Notes: a model not told the origin generated them from the letters alone. 64,000 nt of DNA from Octopus vulgaris (GCA_951406725.2 OX597832.1:69440001-69504000); one strand, 5' to 3'; counted from the stretch's first letter, positions 13,101 to 26,779 are shown. Translations and numbers: made by a program.

Positions 13101-13405
13101 TATACATACTTAGTGAAGGGATGTGTGTGTATATGTGTGCGCGCGCGTGTACACGGAACACACATGCATGTGTCAGTATATTTCTATGTATGTATATAGA
13201 AAGAGACACAAAGATAGATGTGTGAGTAAACTTTAGCTATTGCATTTACATTATTTATTTCGTAAGTATAGGCAATTAATTATTTTGATTAATTATCTAA
13301 TTTGTCTGAGGAACTACTGTCTGTTTAGCTGCCCACGTTACTGTTACAAGTGATTTATGTGATTGTTGTTATTGTTATCGTCATTATTATTATTATTATT
13401 ATTAT

Positions 13406-16400
13406 TCAGTAGTTTTATTTTTATAGCGTGCTTTCACTTCACTACCGAGCGCAGCTCTGTGTGCCTTACGTATGTGCTGTGATTTGTTGTGATGCTCTGA
13501 TGGTTATTGTATGGAAAGTGTTCTGCGTAGGATGTGTGCAGTGCCTAGTAGTGCAATTTTCTGTGTGTTATATGTGTTTGTAAGTCCTGGTGTTTTTGTT
13601 ATGTATTTGTCTGAATATTTTTTATCATGCCTAATGCACCTACTATGATAGGAATTATTTCTGTTTTTAGATTCCACATTCTGGTTACCTCTATTTCCAG
13701 GTCTTTGTAGTTTGAGAGTTTCTCCATTTCTTTTAGAGACACGTTGCCATCTGCCGGTATTGATACATCAATTAGAAAGCACTTTTTTTTTCATGATTTC
13801 TGACAACTATATCTGGTCTGGTAGCCTTAATTTCTCTATCTGTGTGTATCGGCATATCCCAGAGTATGGTTGCTTTTTCGTTTTCTGTGACATTATCTGG
13901 TGTGTGCATATACCATCTTTTTTCTGTTGTTATTCCATAATGTTGGCGTAGCTTCCAGTGTATGTAGGTTCCAACTCTGTCATGTCTGTGAACGTCCATC
14001 TCCACATATTCTGCAGTTACTTGTTATATTTCTTTTCATTACATGTTTTTGGTAATTTCTGGTGGGGAAGCTTTGATCTTGTGCTGCAATTAAAAATCCC
14101 TCTGTCTCTGCATTGAGTCCTGAGCTTCTCAACCATTGCTGGGATTTTTCTTTGTCTATTTCTTTTGCGCTTAGTTTAGTCCAGTATTTACCATGAAGGG
14201 GCTTTTCTTGCCATCGTTTTATCATGGATCGTTGCTGTTCTATTTTTAGTTTGGATTTCATTTGTTTTATAGCTTTTGTTGTTTCTTCTTCTTCTTCTTC
14301 TTCTTCTTCTTCTTCTTCTTCTTCTTTCTCTCTTCTCTTCTTCTTCTTCTTCTTCTTCTTCTTCTTCTTCTTCTTCTTCTTCTTCTTCTTCTTCTTCTTC
14401 TTCTTCATATTTATTAGGTGGTATGATTTCTTGTTTGTATTTGTCAGCTTCCTTAAATACTGAGAACAGTTTTTTGTTTTGCTCGTGTTTTGCCGCTATT
14501 TGTATCAGTTTTCCTTCCTTCTGAAGTAGATATTTTTGCAGTCCTATGGTGGTTATTTTATAGTAGTTTTCCAGCTGTATAAGGTATCTACCACCTTCTA
14601 TACGTTGTATATATAGTCTTTCTATGTCAGATTTTGGGTGATGCATCCTAGATCCTGTCATTATTTTTCTTGTTTTCCTATCTATTTTGGTCAGTTCATT
14701 TAGTGTCCAGTTAAGGATATTGTAGCTGTAACTTATAACTGGGACAGCTAAAGTGTTAATACCTATTATCTTGTTTTTAGCATTGAGCTCTGTTTTTAGT
14801 ATTGATCTAACTCGTCTATAATATTCTTTTTTATTTTCTCTTTCATTTGTGTGTGTTGTGTCTTATCTAGTTCATGGATTCCTAAGTATTTGTAAGTTTG
14901 GCTTTGGTCTAGTTCTTTTATTTCATTGGTTTTATCTAGTGTGATGTTGCTACTCTTAACTAGTTTTCCTCTTTTCATGGTTACTTTGGCTCATTTTTCT
15001 AATCCAAATTTCATATCTATTTCTTTGGTAAATCCATGAACTGTCTTTAATAGTGTTTCCAGCTGTTTGTCATTTGCAGCGTATAGTTTTAGGTCATCCA
15101 TATATAAAAGGTGGCTGATCGTTTTGCCGTAACATTTATATCCGCATCCTGTTCTATTTAGCATATCAGATAGAGGTGACAGTGTCAAGCAGAAAAGGAG
15201 TGGAGAGAGCGTGTATCCCTGGAATATTCCTCTTCTAATGGGGATGGCTTTGGTTTTCATGAGTCCCGTTTTTGTTTGGAGCTGTAGCACTGTTTGTCAT
15301 TTATTCATAGAGTGCCCGATGAATTTTATAATTGTTGGTGCTACTTTGTTAATGGCTAGTGTTTCGAGGATCCATGTGTGGGGGATGCTATCAAACGCCT
15401 TTTTGTAGTCGATCCAGGCCATACTGAGGCCTTTCTTCTTTCTGTGGCTGTCTTCAGTTATGGCTTTATTAATCATTAGTTGATCTTTACAGCCATATGA
15501 GCCTTTGCGGCATCCTTTCTGCTCTTCTGGAAACAGGTTGTTTTCGTCCAGGTGCTTGTTCAACCTTTGCGATATCACTGCAGTAAATGCCTTGTACATT
15601 GTAGGGAGACATGTTATTGGTCTGTAGTTTTCTGGTTTCGCTGTCTCATTTGATTTGGGAATTAAGATGGTTTTCCCCTTCGTAAGCCATTCAGGCATTG
15701 TCTCTGGCTCTGCTAGTATGTTGTTAAAGTTTTCAGCCAGCTTTTTGTGCATTCCTGTTAGATATTTCAACCAGAAGTTGGGGATCTTGTCATGCCCAGG
15801 TGCCTTCCAGTTGCTTAGTCTTTGCAGTGCCTGGGTGACCTCTTCAGTTGTCATGGGGGTCCAAAGTTGCTCAGATGCTGAGTTTGTTGTTTTAATACTC
15901 CTTTTTTTTTGGTTGTTCGTTCCCCGGCCATATTTCTCTCCAGAATTCTTCCACTTCTTCTGCCGTTGGTGCTGCAGTGATTTCTATTTTATTTTTGCCA
16001 AGTTCTTGTTAGAACTTTTTGGGTTGGAGTTGAACTTTTTGTTTTGTTCAAAAACGCGCTGGCGTTTCTCGTACCGGCGGATCCTTTGTGCTTTGGCAAG
16101 GATATCTTGCTTCAGCTTTTCTTTTATCTCAGGTAAATCTTTTTCTGTGATGTTATATTTACGGAGTATTTTTGTTTTCTTTTTGTTGCTCAGTAGCGTT
16201 GATTGTCTACTGATTTCATTAAGGATCGATAGATCTTTTCTCATTTTTTGTATTTTGTTTTGGATGTTATTTATCCACAGGATTTGTTTGGGTGGTGGTA
16301 CTCCTGTTTGGATGGGTTTGAGTGAGTATCCAGCTTCTTTTGTGGCTACAGTGGCTGCTGCGTATACTGAGTCATTTAGCTCAGTGATATCACTTTTTGT

Positions 16401-17187
16401 TTCAGTGGCAATTAGTTCCGTGACGGCTAAGTTTATGCTGTTTATAATTGGTGTTGTTGTTTCGTCTATTTTGATTTTTGGGAGGTATGGTCGGTGGTCC
16501 ATTTTGAGCTCAGTGGTTTTCAGTTCTTTGATTAATCTACTTTTTATATTATCATAATCATTAGGCTCCCTTTCGTTGTTTCCAGGTTTTAGATTTGTGT
16601 CGCTTTCTTTCTTATTTATATGTTTGTTTGCCGTGTTTTGGCTTGTTGTTTGTCGTGTATTATTATGCATCCTTACGGTCTGGTTTGTTGTTTTTTGTTT
16701 ACATCGTGTTTGTTTAGAATGTTACGTTTGTCTTCGTGTTTTACTGTTTCAGTGTTTATATTATCGGGCATTGTTGTGTGGCTTCTATCTACATTTTCCT
16801 GGTGTATTTTTTTCTTTTAGATGTTCTATTTCTATTTCTGATATTTTTTTTTTGCGTTGAGAATGTATCTTCGTACGTTAGCTAGTTTATTAGGGTTCAT
16901 TGCTGTATCCAAGTCTATAATTATGTTATTTTCCTTCCATATTTTATATGTATGTGTTGTTGTGTTTTCATTTTTTGAGTAGAGCACTGCTGTGAAGTAT
17001 GCGTGTAGGATAGAAATGTATTCCTCACGTGTCCATTTATGTCTTTTGGGTTTTATTTGCGGGACATGAGGAACAACGCCCGCCCCATTATTTTGACGGT
17101 CGTCATTTTCGTAGGGTACCGGTCCGTTTATTTCTGTTGTCACATTGTTTTGTACGTGTAGTTTTTCGTACATTTTGTGTTGTAAGT
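13406..17187 (-). mobile_element. Near full-length R4/Dong LINE (RT + restriction-like endonuclease), disrupted ORF, inserted in (TAA)n
   Basis: ORF pieces: RHKWTREEY at the N-terminus; NWKAPGHD, NYRPITCL, EQKG, WIDYKKAFDSIPH, RGIFQGYTLSPLLF, HLLYMDDLKLY, YKYLG; AAQDQ, CRICG, HRHDRV, ILWD, RPDIV. (TTA)n flanks at 13384-13405 and 17188-17257. Stops and frameshifts are present. Confidence 0.96.
14283..14407 (-). repeat. (GAA)n tract inside the Dong ORF (poly-Glu)
   Basis: (TTC)n on the + strand with one ttctctcttctc interruption that shifts the frame. Confidence 0.95.
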
Positions 17188-17209
17188 TTTATTATTATTA
17201 TTATTATTA

Positions 17210-17250
<41 letters not shown>

Positions 17251-17257
17251 CATTATT

Positions 17258-17406
17258 CGTTTGTAACACAGTGTAGGTAACAGTGCACCGGAGTCTTTAG
17301 TCATCTGTCAAGTTACAACAAAGACCTCAGACAGATAATACTTTCCTTAAGATGTGCGCTTTGTTTAATAAGGCTCCTTTTTGAACGACATCAATCTTGC
17401 ATGGGA
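17258..17406 (-). mobile_element. Short 3' end of a second R4/Dong family
   Basis: Minus strand PCKIDVVQKGALLNKAHILRKVLSV* plus a short 3' UTR ending in (TAA)n. Confidence 0.8.
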
Positions 17407-17441
17407 TTTCAATTGTTAATATTATTATTTATATTATTATT

Positions 17442-17790
17442 CTCACCACTATTCTGTTTCTTCTTTCAATTTTGTTTCCATTTCTTGCCGGGTGTCTTCC
17501 CGACACCTAGGACAAAGAAACCCACTGTTTATATTGGTAGACCACTAAAATCAACACACCAGACTTTCACTTACAATGTCAAGTTATGTGATAGAAAAAT
17601 AAGAAAGAAAGAAAGAAAAAGGTTAAAATGAAAGTAGAAAAAACGAAAATTAAACAGAAAACCAAGAAATTAAAGGGAAGAAAAAGATAGAAAATTCTCG
17701 GCGACAATGTTCTTTTCAATACGTGTGACGTACCAGTTGAAACAATCGTTTGCACTTCACGCATGGATGGTAAGCAAGGGACCAACATCA
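17442..17790 (-). mobile_element. 3' end of a third R4/Dong family
   Basis: LVPCLPSMREVQTIVSTGTSHVLKRTLS C-terminus; 3' UTR with GGTGTC-ttccc-GACACC hairpin; TTA-rich spacer. Confidence 0.75.
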
Positions 17791-17808
17791 TCATCATTAT
17801 TATTATTT

Positions 17809-18790
17809 GATGAAATCTCTCAGTTTATTTTGCTGGTTAAGCGTCAGCTGTCCACAGCCAGCAGACTAAGGTGACATTTGTTTACAGGTCATGCTTCAAG
17901 AGCCCAGCGAAGAATTATTGCAGTTCCAAGCAATGCTGACTTTTGTCGGTGTTCTACCTTTACATAAATATGTATCAATCTTTTGAGAGCCATGTTGGTA
18001 GTCGAAAGCTGATACTTCCAAGTCCACCAATTACTGTTGGTATCTTGTTTCCTCATTGACTACAACCTTCGTATATCCCACTTCAAATCGCCATAGGTGT
18101 TCAGCTTTTCTTCCTTTTTCTTTGATCCTGTTGCCATTGGCACATTCTATGCCGATTATCATGCATGTTTTTCCTTTTTCTGATGTTTCGTCAGGTGATT
18201 GCACTGCATCATTGCATCGCAGAGGATTTTGCAATTTTCATTCTCGGTGACTCCTCCTGGGGCATTCTCATAACGCGATTTGCTCTTTGTAGGCTGTGAT
18301 TTCCACAGAGCTCTCAATGGATCATACTTGCTACATTGCCATGACGTCTTTTGTATACGTGTCGTGCCAATTTCGGGCATTCTCTAATGATGAACCATAC
18401 AGTTTCACACATCTCACCATACATTCTTTATTTGTTGCTGTCGGTAATGTTGTCATTATTTTATTATTATTTACTTTTTATCACAGGTTTTGTTCGAACT
18501 CCTGGACTCTTGCATGCCTAGCGGGTTTGCTGCCTGCAGCCTACAGTACCATACTATCCATTCTTTTCAGCTATCCAGTACATTTTCAGCTATCAGTACA
18601 TAAATGTGCCAAGGAGACAAACCTTTTGTTACAGTTCTACTGGGTACTATTTCAATTTCCTTTATATTCCTCTTGATGCCTTCTTAAAATGTCCTCAAGG
18701 ATTCAATAATAATTGGCACTATCTTCACCTTCTTCATTTATCATAGCCGGGCTATTTCGTACTTAAAAGGGTTATATTTATTTTTCGCCT
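17809..18790 (-). mobile_element. Decayed 3' portion of a fourth R4/Dong family
   Basis: EYKRRHGNVASMIH, ENAPGGVTENENCKILCD, KTCMIIGIEC, VEHRQKSALLGTAIILRWALE. Confidence 0.82.
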
Positions 18791-20191
18791 TCCTTCTTGA
18801 TAATTCGTGGGTCAAAAGGGCACGCAACATATTACTGACTAAGAGTAGTGCATGCAATCAAAATGACACTAAGGTACAAATATACGAAGCCCAATATATG
18901 CATCATGACTACCTATCTGATTAGGGTATAGCAGACGCATGCATCACAACAATTTGTACGCGACATGGTGATCGCATATCAAGATATGGAATTTCATCAG
19001 TGCTCGTTCATCAAAAAAAAAAAAAAATGGTGTCCACATCCGTCTAATTATGCAGTGTTCCTTAAAGAGATGTCAGTAGATATATTCTGTAATATATTGT
19101 GTATATAACACTGAAATAGAACACCCAGAACGAACACTATTTATTAATATAAAGTATTTCTTATCCTAATGGTAAGTCAGTAACAGAATCATAGAGATCC
19201 CTGAGCAGCTACCAAAGATTACTGTTCCTTAAAAAGTCGTTGGACTGAGAACCTCTTCAGTTGTTTCCACAGGTTTAGCCGCGTTTCAACACTAACTGAG
19301 CAGCCCTCTCATGAGTGGTATTTAAATCATGCCCATCATAACTTTTAATAAACAGAGACTACATTATCCAGATTTTACCCCTAATTTTTATTTTTAAATC
19401 GTGATAGAATGGCGGTTGAGAGAAATTCTGTCCGCTATTTCAAGCAGATTAAATGTGCTTCTAAATAGCAGCTCACTTTCTTTCCTCCTCATCTCTACTC
19501 TAACAAAGCAACATTTTCCTGGTAGAGATATTTGTATCTTAAAACTACAGGAGGGTGAGTCTGAACTTAATAAATGTAGATGCACCGCTACATTACTCAT
19601 CACTCTTCATTCTTCACCTAAACAAACAACAAAGATAGTAACGGGTTTGTAGTAATGATAGGATATCGAAACTAAATACCTCGACATAATTCAGTTACAA
19701 ACATTTACCATTTGATCCCACCGTGGGGTTAACATTCACATTAATCACTTTAGTGTCGATAAATACATCTCAGAAATATACTGGATCCTTTCAATTGACT
19801 GTAGTCCTTTCTTGAATAAATTTCCCCAGAGACTCAGTTCAAAGAAGCCATTTGTACGAATATCTCTCACTACTTCCGTCGATAAGTCGTAACTCCGCAG
19901 GGGCAGCCATTTTGTTTTCGTATCAAACACAATTCAAATAATTTGGTAAATATTTCTGGCGTCCTCCTGCTGTTATTAGCTCATTGTATTGTATATAGGA
20001 ATGATAAATAGCATAAATAGCAGTGGGAGTTTCTTCGTTGTTAAAGCAATCTGAATGTAGCCAGTAAAAACACATTTAACACTAAAATGAACTTCACAAG
20101 TCGTGCAGTGTGATTAACTTTTAAATGACGTTTATAAGTTATCTATCCAACAGAATTTCACTTTATCTCATTCGGCAGCGCTACAAATAAA

Positions 20192-20193
<2 letters not shown>

Positions 20194-20280
<87 letters not shown>

Positions 20281-20442
20281 GTATGTATATATATATATGT
20301 ATGTATATATATATGCATATATATGTATACACATATATACACACAATATATTACACACACATATATACACACATATATACACACATATCTATATAAGCAT
20401 GTATGTGTATATGTATGTATGCATCCATGTATGTATATCTTA

Positions 20443-20491
<49 letters not shown>

Positions 20492-20760
20492 CATATACAT
20501 ATATAAGTTTATAAACAAGTAGAATATATATATATATATATATACTTTATATATATATATATATATACTTTATATATATACATATATATATACATATATA
20601 CACATTTTATATATATACGTTTGTATCTAGTGGAATATGATTGGACATGTATGGATGTGTGTGTGTCTATATATGTATATATATATATATATGGGTGTGT
20701 ATATACATGTATATTTGTGTGTGTGTATATATATCTATATACATATATATGCTGTAGATA
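20194..20760. repeat. (TA)n and TA/CA-rich low-complexity block
   Basis: Direct reading. Confidence 0.95.
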
Positions 20761-22259
20761 CATTCATCTCTTCAACAAGCCATTCACCCATCACACATAT
20801 ATACAACCATGCATACATATATCCATACATAAATGCATAGAACTACCAAACCTACAAACAAAGTAAGAAATTTGCTCATTTTGAATGTGCCACAAGGAAT
20901 TAAGTTAAGCTTCCTTCACACAACCGGTTGCACAGTTAAATGTAGAAGGATCACTTGTGAAGTTTTGATTGATTTCACTCTCTGCTAAATCTCCGGCTGA
21001 CGTGTGATGATTCATTTCATAATGCCATCACGGCTTCATATATACATACATACATACATAGTATATATCTACATGTGTGAATAAAATGTACACACACACA
21101 CGTATATATGTGTGTTGTGTATATATATATGCTATTGAGTCTCACACACTCCTGTCTCCTTCACACACACACATTCTCCTAAAGCTCATACTATCCCCTT
21201 CTCTTTCTCATCCTCTCTCTTTCTTTGTCGTTCATTCTCTCTGCCATCTGCCTTGTGTTTATGTGTTTCCTTTTCTCTCTCTCTCTTCTTATTTCCTATT
21301 AACACTTAACACTTTCTAAAAGTAATACCATCAACATCAATAACAAAAACACGAAATCCAGCGCTTGGGTCCCAATTACGGACATCCCCACCACCACGAC
21401 CACGATGAGTTGTCATGTTCCCCAGCTTCTCATCTATTTCGTTCATTATTCGCGCCTCTTTTATTTCCTTATTCTTTCATCTCCCGAGACGTCCTCCTCC
21501 TCCTCCTCTTGCAAGTATCTTTACTCTTAGAGTTCCGCAACAAACTTCTTCTCCACACTCTTCCTCATTTATTAATGAAACGAAAAAAAAACTTTATTCC
21601 ATTGTCATCCGTAGATTTATCTGCAATCATCTTCTTTTTCCTTATTCTAATCGATATCTTCTCTTTATGCTTCCCTCATCGTCGCCTTTATTTCCTTAAT
21701 TGCAAATTGAACACGCTACTTACTCCATCATCATCATCATCATCATCATTATCATCATCATCGCCCCTCTCCCCCGCCACACACTGCCAGTGCATCGCCA
21801 ACGCCAGCAGTACATTCACCATCTCCACCGATGCCATCATAACTACCAACAACCACTACAGGACAGCATTATTGATGACCTCCATACTTGTTGGTAGACC
21901 TGCCAGAAATAGCAGTTAAAATGTCATCAGATGACATGCTGCTTTCATAAAAACAGGACACATCAGATAATGTCATTAATATACACAATAGTTAGGAAGA
22001 ATTTTAAATATCATGATCACGGCTTCATGGCTACAACACGTTTGATCATTAATCTACTGGATCAAGGCTGACCTGGTGTTAAACAACAACTACAATAACG
22101 CTATCTCCGCAACATCTCCATCTCACCATCTCAGCATTGCTGCCCTCTCCAATTCTTCATCTTTTCTCATCCTCTTTGCAACTTCCACATTCTTCCTCTT
22201 CTTATTGCATCCCTCCTGTATATCTTCTAAATATGTCGAATTAGCAGATCCGTTACAGT

Positions 22260-22735
22260 ACTGGATCGAATGGCTTGCGGTATTCGTAATAACCTAGGAT
22301 CGGAAGTAGCTAGGTTCAAATTTCGCCGAACTCATCTTTGTTTTTCATAGTTAAAAGGCGAAATCATGGCAGTTAGAAGATCCTTTTGCAACAACACAAT
22401 TTCGCGGCACCTCGGGCAAGTGTCTCGTTCCATAGTCTCGGGACGATAGATGCCGAGTGAGTGAATCTGGTAGACGGAAAATGCGCGGAAGCCTGTCACA
22501 CATCTATCTGTCTATCTATCTGTGTGTGTATGTGTGTGTGTGTGTGTGCATTTGTACTCCATAACTTGACAATCGGTGTTTGTTTGTTTACGGCCCTGTA
22601 ACCTGTTCCAAAAGAGACAGATTTAATAAGTATCAGACCAGAAAATAAGTACTGGGATCGAAACCCTTTTAGGTTGTGTCCAAGGTTTGTCATAGAGCAA
22701 AAACCGGAACAAGTTGTAAAGGAAACAGAAAACGA
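22260..22735 (+). mobile_element. Degenerate SINE family 2 head followed by SINE family 1
   Basis: ggttcaaatttcgccgaa (family 2), then cggcacctcgggcaagtgtctc..gaatctggtagacggaaa and ttgacaatcggtgtttg..aagtactgggatcga (family 1). Confidence 0.7.
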
Positions 22736-23226
22736 AACATCAACGACTTTTGAGGTCGATAGAAAAGGAAATGTACGAATGGAGGGTGTTTGGTAGATTA
22801 GAGAAAAGTTTAGAACAATTAAGATTGGATTGCTCGTGATATCTGGGTCTACACGTTCTGAGTTTAAATCCTCTCTTGTTACGGAGAAACGGCGAAACCT
22901 CTGTCAGGACTCGCAACCAACAGGTAACATCAACAGTTTGAGAAATAAGCAGAGTATAATAAGAAAAACTTCAAGAATGCAACAGCGACAGTTTCCTTAG
23001 TTCGATCTTTGGATCAAATCTCACCAACATGATGACCAACAACCACCCACAAACCGCCACCACCACCACCACTACTGTGTGGGGGACAACCACACAGCTC
23101 TTTCGTTCCTTAAAAGGCACAGGTAAAACAGTTTTGCTTTGGCTGTTTTGTTATGACTTCTTCCAGAAGTGAGATTCCGTGTGATGTGGCATATTCTTCC
23201 TATATGCTTCCTGATTCGAAAAAATC

Positions 23227-23981
23227 TCCATGTCCAGGATGCGAAATTTTTTCCCACGAGAGTTTCGGGCCCCAGTAATGTACTCATTTGCATAAAGCCA
23301 ATCAGAGCTCACCTTGTCAAGTTAACAAATGTTGGCATTAAAAATGGCGACCTCCGATTATCAGCATACAATTTACAGATGTGTATATCTTTAATATTTT
23401 CCGTGAATTTTTTACGACCCCAGTTAGTTATAATAAGTAGATCTATAATTTACTACTAATAATATAATAGTGCTCAGCGAAATTTTTTAGTATTCACATA
23501 TTTTCTTGACTTTTTTAATTTATATTTTCTGTTTGGTTGCCAGCGTCAATTTTCTGTTCGAATTGATTTCATGGTTAGTGTAATGATACACTTTTATAGG
23601 CTAATTAATGAAGTGAAAGTAAGTTTCTCTATAAATCAATAAATAGTTATTAGTAATTAAAGTTTGAAAATTTGGTAATTTTAGTCAATCGTAAACCACA
23701 GACACATTCAAGTTTTCCTCTTTTAAATTAGCATAAACATTTACATGAAAGAAAATTACAGGAGACATAACACGTATTGTTTACAAATATAGACAACACG
23801 TTCTAGACAGAGAAGTTGCTGTCTGCCAGTAGAGAGGGAAAGAGTAAGGAATGCACAGTGCTGACTAGAAAGGAAGAAAGGATAAAGTTATCTCAGCTCC
23901 GATTGGCTGTATGCAACTGAGTTCATTACTAAGGTCCGGAACTCTTGCGGAAAAAAAAAAATTCGCGTCCAGGACCATAGG
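23227..23981. mobile_element. MITE-like element with ~80 bp imperfect terminal inverted repeats
   Basis: gtccaggatgcgaaattttttcccacgagagtttcgggccccagtaatgtactcatttgcataaagccaatcagagct (23232-23309) is the diverged reverse complement of 23895-23975. Confidence 0.8.
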
Positions 23982-24415
23982 ACAAGAGTAACACTAACGA
24001 TTAAACACCAAAGTTACCCACAATGCTATTTTCATCAATCTCTTACTAAAATTCGCAATGTATGTGGGTTTTTTTCTATTTTTGTGAATTTTCTTGATCT
24101 TGTTCGTGTATAATGTGTGCGAAGGTCTTGTTTTGCATTTTTGTTTCGAGAGCGTGAAACAAAATTTTGCAACTATTTTTTAAAAGTAGAGAACGTGAGA
24201 AGGAAATCTAATTTATTTCAAAAAACGAAAAACCTATTTTTTATTTCTTTGTTTAAAGTATAAATATGAAATGTCAGTTTTTCGAATGTATCTACATGTC
24301 AGTAGATTTAATGGTACACTTTTCTATTTGGTAAAAACCTTTTTCTTCGAGGAACCATTTCAAAACATGTCCGAGCAGGTCAACAATAAACTAAAGTGAC
24401 AACAAATTATCATAA

Positions 24416-24531
24416 TGCAGGAGTAGCTGTGTGGTAAGTAACTTGCTTACTAACCACATGGTTCCGGGTTCAGTCCCACTGCGTGGAAAGTGTCTCCTAC
24501 TATAGCCTCGGGCCCGTCATATATATATATA

Positions 24532-24572
<41 letters not shown>

Positions 24573-24791
24573 ATCTATGTCTATGTTTTTCTTCCCCAAC
24601 ATCACTTGACAACCGATGCTGGTGTGTTTAGGTCCCCGTAACTTAGCGGTTCGGCAAAAGAGACTGATAGAATAAGTACTAGGCTTACAAAGAATAAGTC
24701 CTGGGGTCGATTTGATTCGACTAAAGGCGGTGCTCCAGCATGGCCGCAGTCAAATGACTGAAACAAGTAAAAGAATAAAAGAATAAAAGAA
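24416..24791 (+). mobile_element. SINE family 1 copy with internal (TA)n(TG)n
   Basis: gcaggagtagctgtgtggtaag..ccgggttcagtccc head; ..ccagcatggccgcagtcaaatgactgaaacaagtaaaagaataaaagaataaaagaa tail. Confidence 0.92.
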
Positions 24792-25140
24792 TCTGTATCA
24801 ATAAAACAGTTCGTTCCAATCTACGCAAGACTAGTATAAAGAAATTCCCGTAGGAAAAACGCAGAGGAGGAGAGAAAGTGAGACATATAGAGAGAAAAGA
24901 GAGAGAGAGACAAAGAGATAAGGAGGGAGAGAAAGAGAGGATTCTTAGAATCAAGAAGGCGTGCTGTGTTTTTAAGAGTATATCTGACTTGTGTCTTGAT
25001 AAATAAACTAACAGGATTAGTGTATGGTGTCTTTATGCAATTATATGAGTGTGTGTGTGTGTGCGTGTGTGCGCGCACGTGTGTGTTGTATGTATGTATG
25101 TGTTTGTGTATGTATGAGAGTGAACGCTGGGTTTGATGAG

Positions 25141-25195
<55 letters not shown>

Positions 25196-25454
25196 TATAC
25201 ATATATATGAGAGGGTGAGAAGAAAGGTAGAAGAAAAGAGTTAAAGTAATCATAAGAGAAAGGGTGGGGGTGATGTGGAGCTTTAAGCACGAAAGGGAAG
25301 AATATTAAAACCTAGCAAGCTTGTGACTGCACTGCATCTTTCGTTATCACTTTTTCTCACTCTGTCTGCGTTTGTTTCAAACATTTTATAACTTGGTATT
25401 CCATTAAAAGAAGATCTTCTATATTCATGTGTATAGATGTCAATATACGCATGT

Positions 25455-25640
25455 AATTTCGAGGGAGGGTCTAAGTCAATTACATCGCTCCCTCTGCTCG
25501 ATTAGAATTTATTTTATCGACCTCGAAAGGATGAAATGTAAATTCGACCCCGGCGGAATTTGAAGTCAGAACTTGAAGACGGACGAAATGCCGCTAAACA
25601 TTTTGTCACGCGTGCTGATGGAGCTACCAGCTCGCCTCCC
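25455..25640 (-). mobile_element. SINE family 2
   Basis: atcgacctcgaaaggatgaaatgtaaattcgaccccggcggaatttgaagtcagaac..ccagctcgcc. Confidence 0.85.
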
Positions 25641-25669
25641 TAAAGATCTAAAGAGGAGGAGCGAGAGGA

Positions 25670-26292
25670 AATTGACTTAATTGAGCCGCCAGCTGGCCAA
25701 ATATCCAGTCCGTGCAGGCATTGAATATTGAACAGTCCTAAAAAGACTTGGATGAGCTAGTGCAGTTTTGGACTCGTTGGGCAAGGCTGTTTTGCACCAC
25801 CGACATCTGTAGAGGGGGACAAATGTGTGAGTATTTAGGGCTTTGATCCTCTCTATCTTGTTCTATGGTTGTGAGACTTGGGGACACTGTTCAGGGTACT
25901 TGGGAACCGCTTGAACTCCTAGGGTACCGAGACGCTTTGCAAGATTATAGGTTACTATTGGCTGAATTATTTTCCAAAGAACGACTCTCGTTACTTGTAT
26001 GATTCGGCAGCGCCAACTCAGACTGTTTGGCCATGTTGCTCAATTTTCCGAGTTAGACCTTGCTTATCATGTTCTTTTCACTGAAGATCTGACTGGGTTG
26101 ACAACTCATGTTGGTTGGCCACATGCCACATGACCACGGCAGATGAAGAATCATCTCACGGAGATAGGAACTGAGTGGAACCCTGCTCGATAAGTCGCCC
26201 GGGAGGACTCGGGAATATACAGTCAATTGGTAAATACAGCAATGCTCTGCAATGACACACTCCACCCACCCACCTGACCTAACCTGATCTGA
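25670..26292 (+). mobile_element. Decayed 3' end of an RTE-clade LINE
   Basis: RGTNV*VFRALILSILFYGCETW and RQRQLRLFGHVAQF; short repeated tail ctgacctaacctgatctga. Confidence 0.78.
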
Positions 26293-26779
26293 AAATTTAC
26301 CAAAATATTTATATAGAAGCAGCAAAACGTTTTACATAATGTCCTTCATTCCATATTTAAAATTGTTCAGTTCTTGACGTAAAGTGAAGACTAATAACCC
26401 TGAAGATAAAAGAGATGACAAAAGTGTCCGAAGAAATATAGCTTCCAGAGATGTTGTTTTCCAAGAATTCACATCCAACACTATCTTTTATATTCTTCTT
26501 TCAATTACTGGATTACTTTATGGGGTGGGGTGGGGGTCAATTGAACAAATCGGCCTCAGTACATAATTGTTAAGCCAGGTTATTTATTCTATCGGTTTAT
26601 TTTATTGAATCGCAAATTTATGTGAATGTATACAAACCAACACATGCTGTCAAGTGGTAGATATGTGGTGGGGAGGCAAACACAAACATGAAAACGCACC
26701 CACACATCACATATATATATATACACGGCGGGCTTCTACACAATCACCGTCTATCAAATTCTCTTACATTAAATTGACC

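Noticed and set aside
15655-16557. 300 aa plus-strand ORF
   Set aside because: It is the antisense shadow of the Dong LINE ORF and has no recognisable motifs.
19394-19930. Short non-repetitive ORFs
   Set aside because: No recognisable domain or convincing splice-site pair.
24416-24485. tRNA-like A/B boxes
   Set aside because: These are SINE heads with no complete cloverleaf, so they are not called as tRNA genes.
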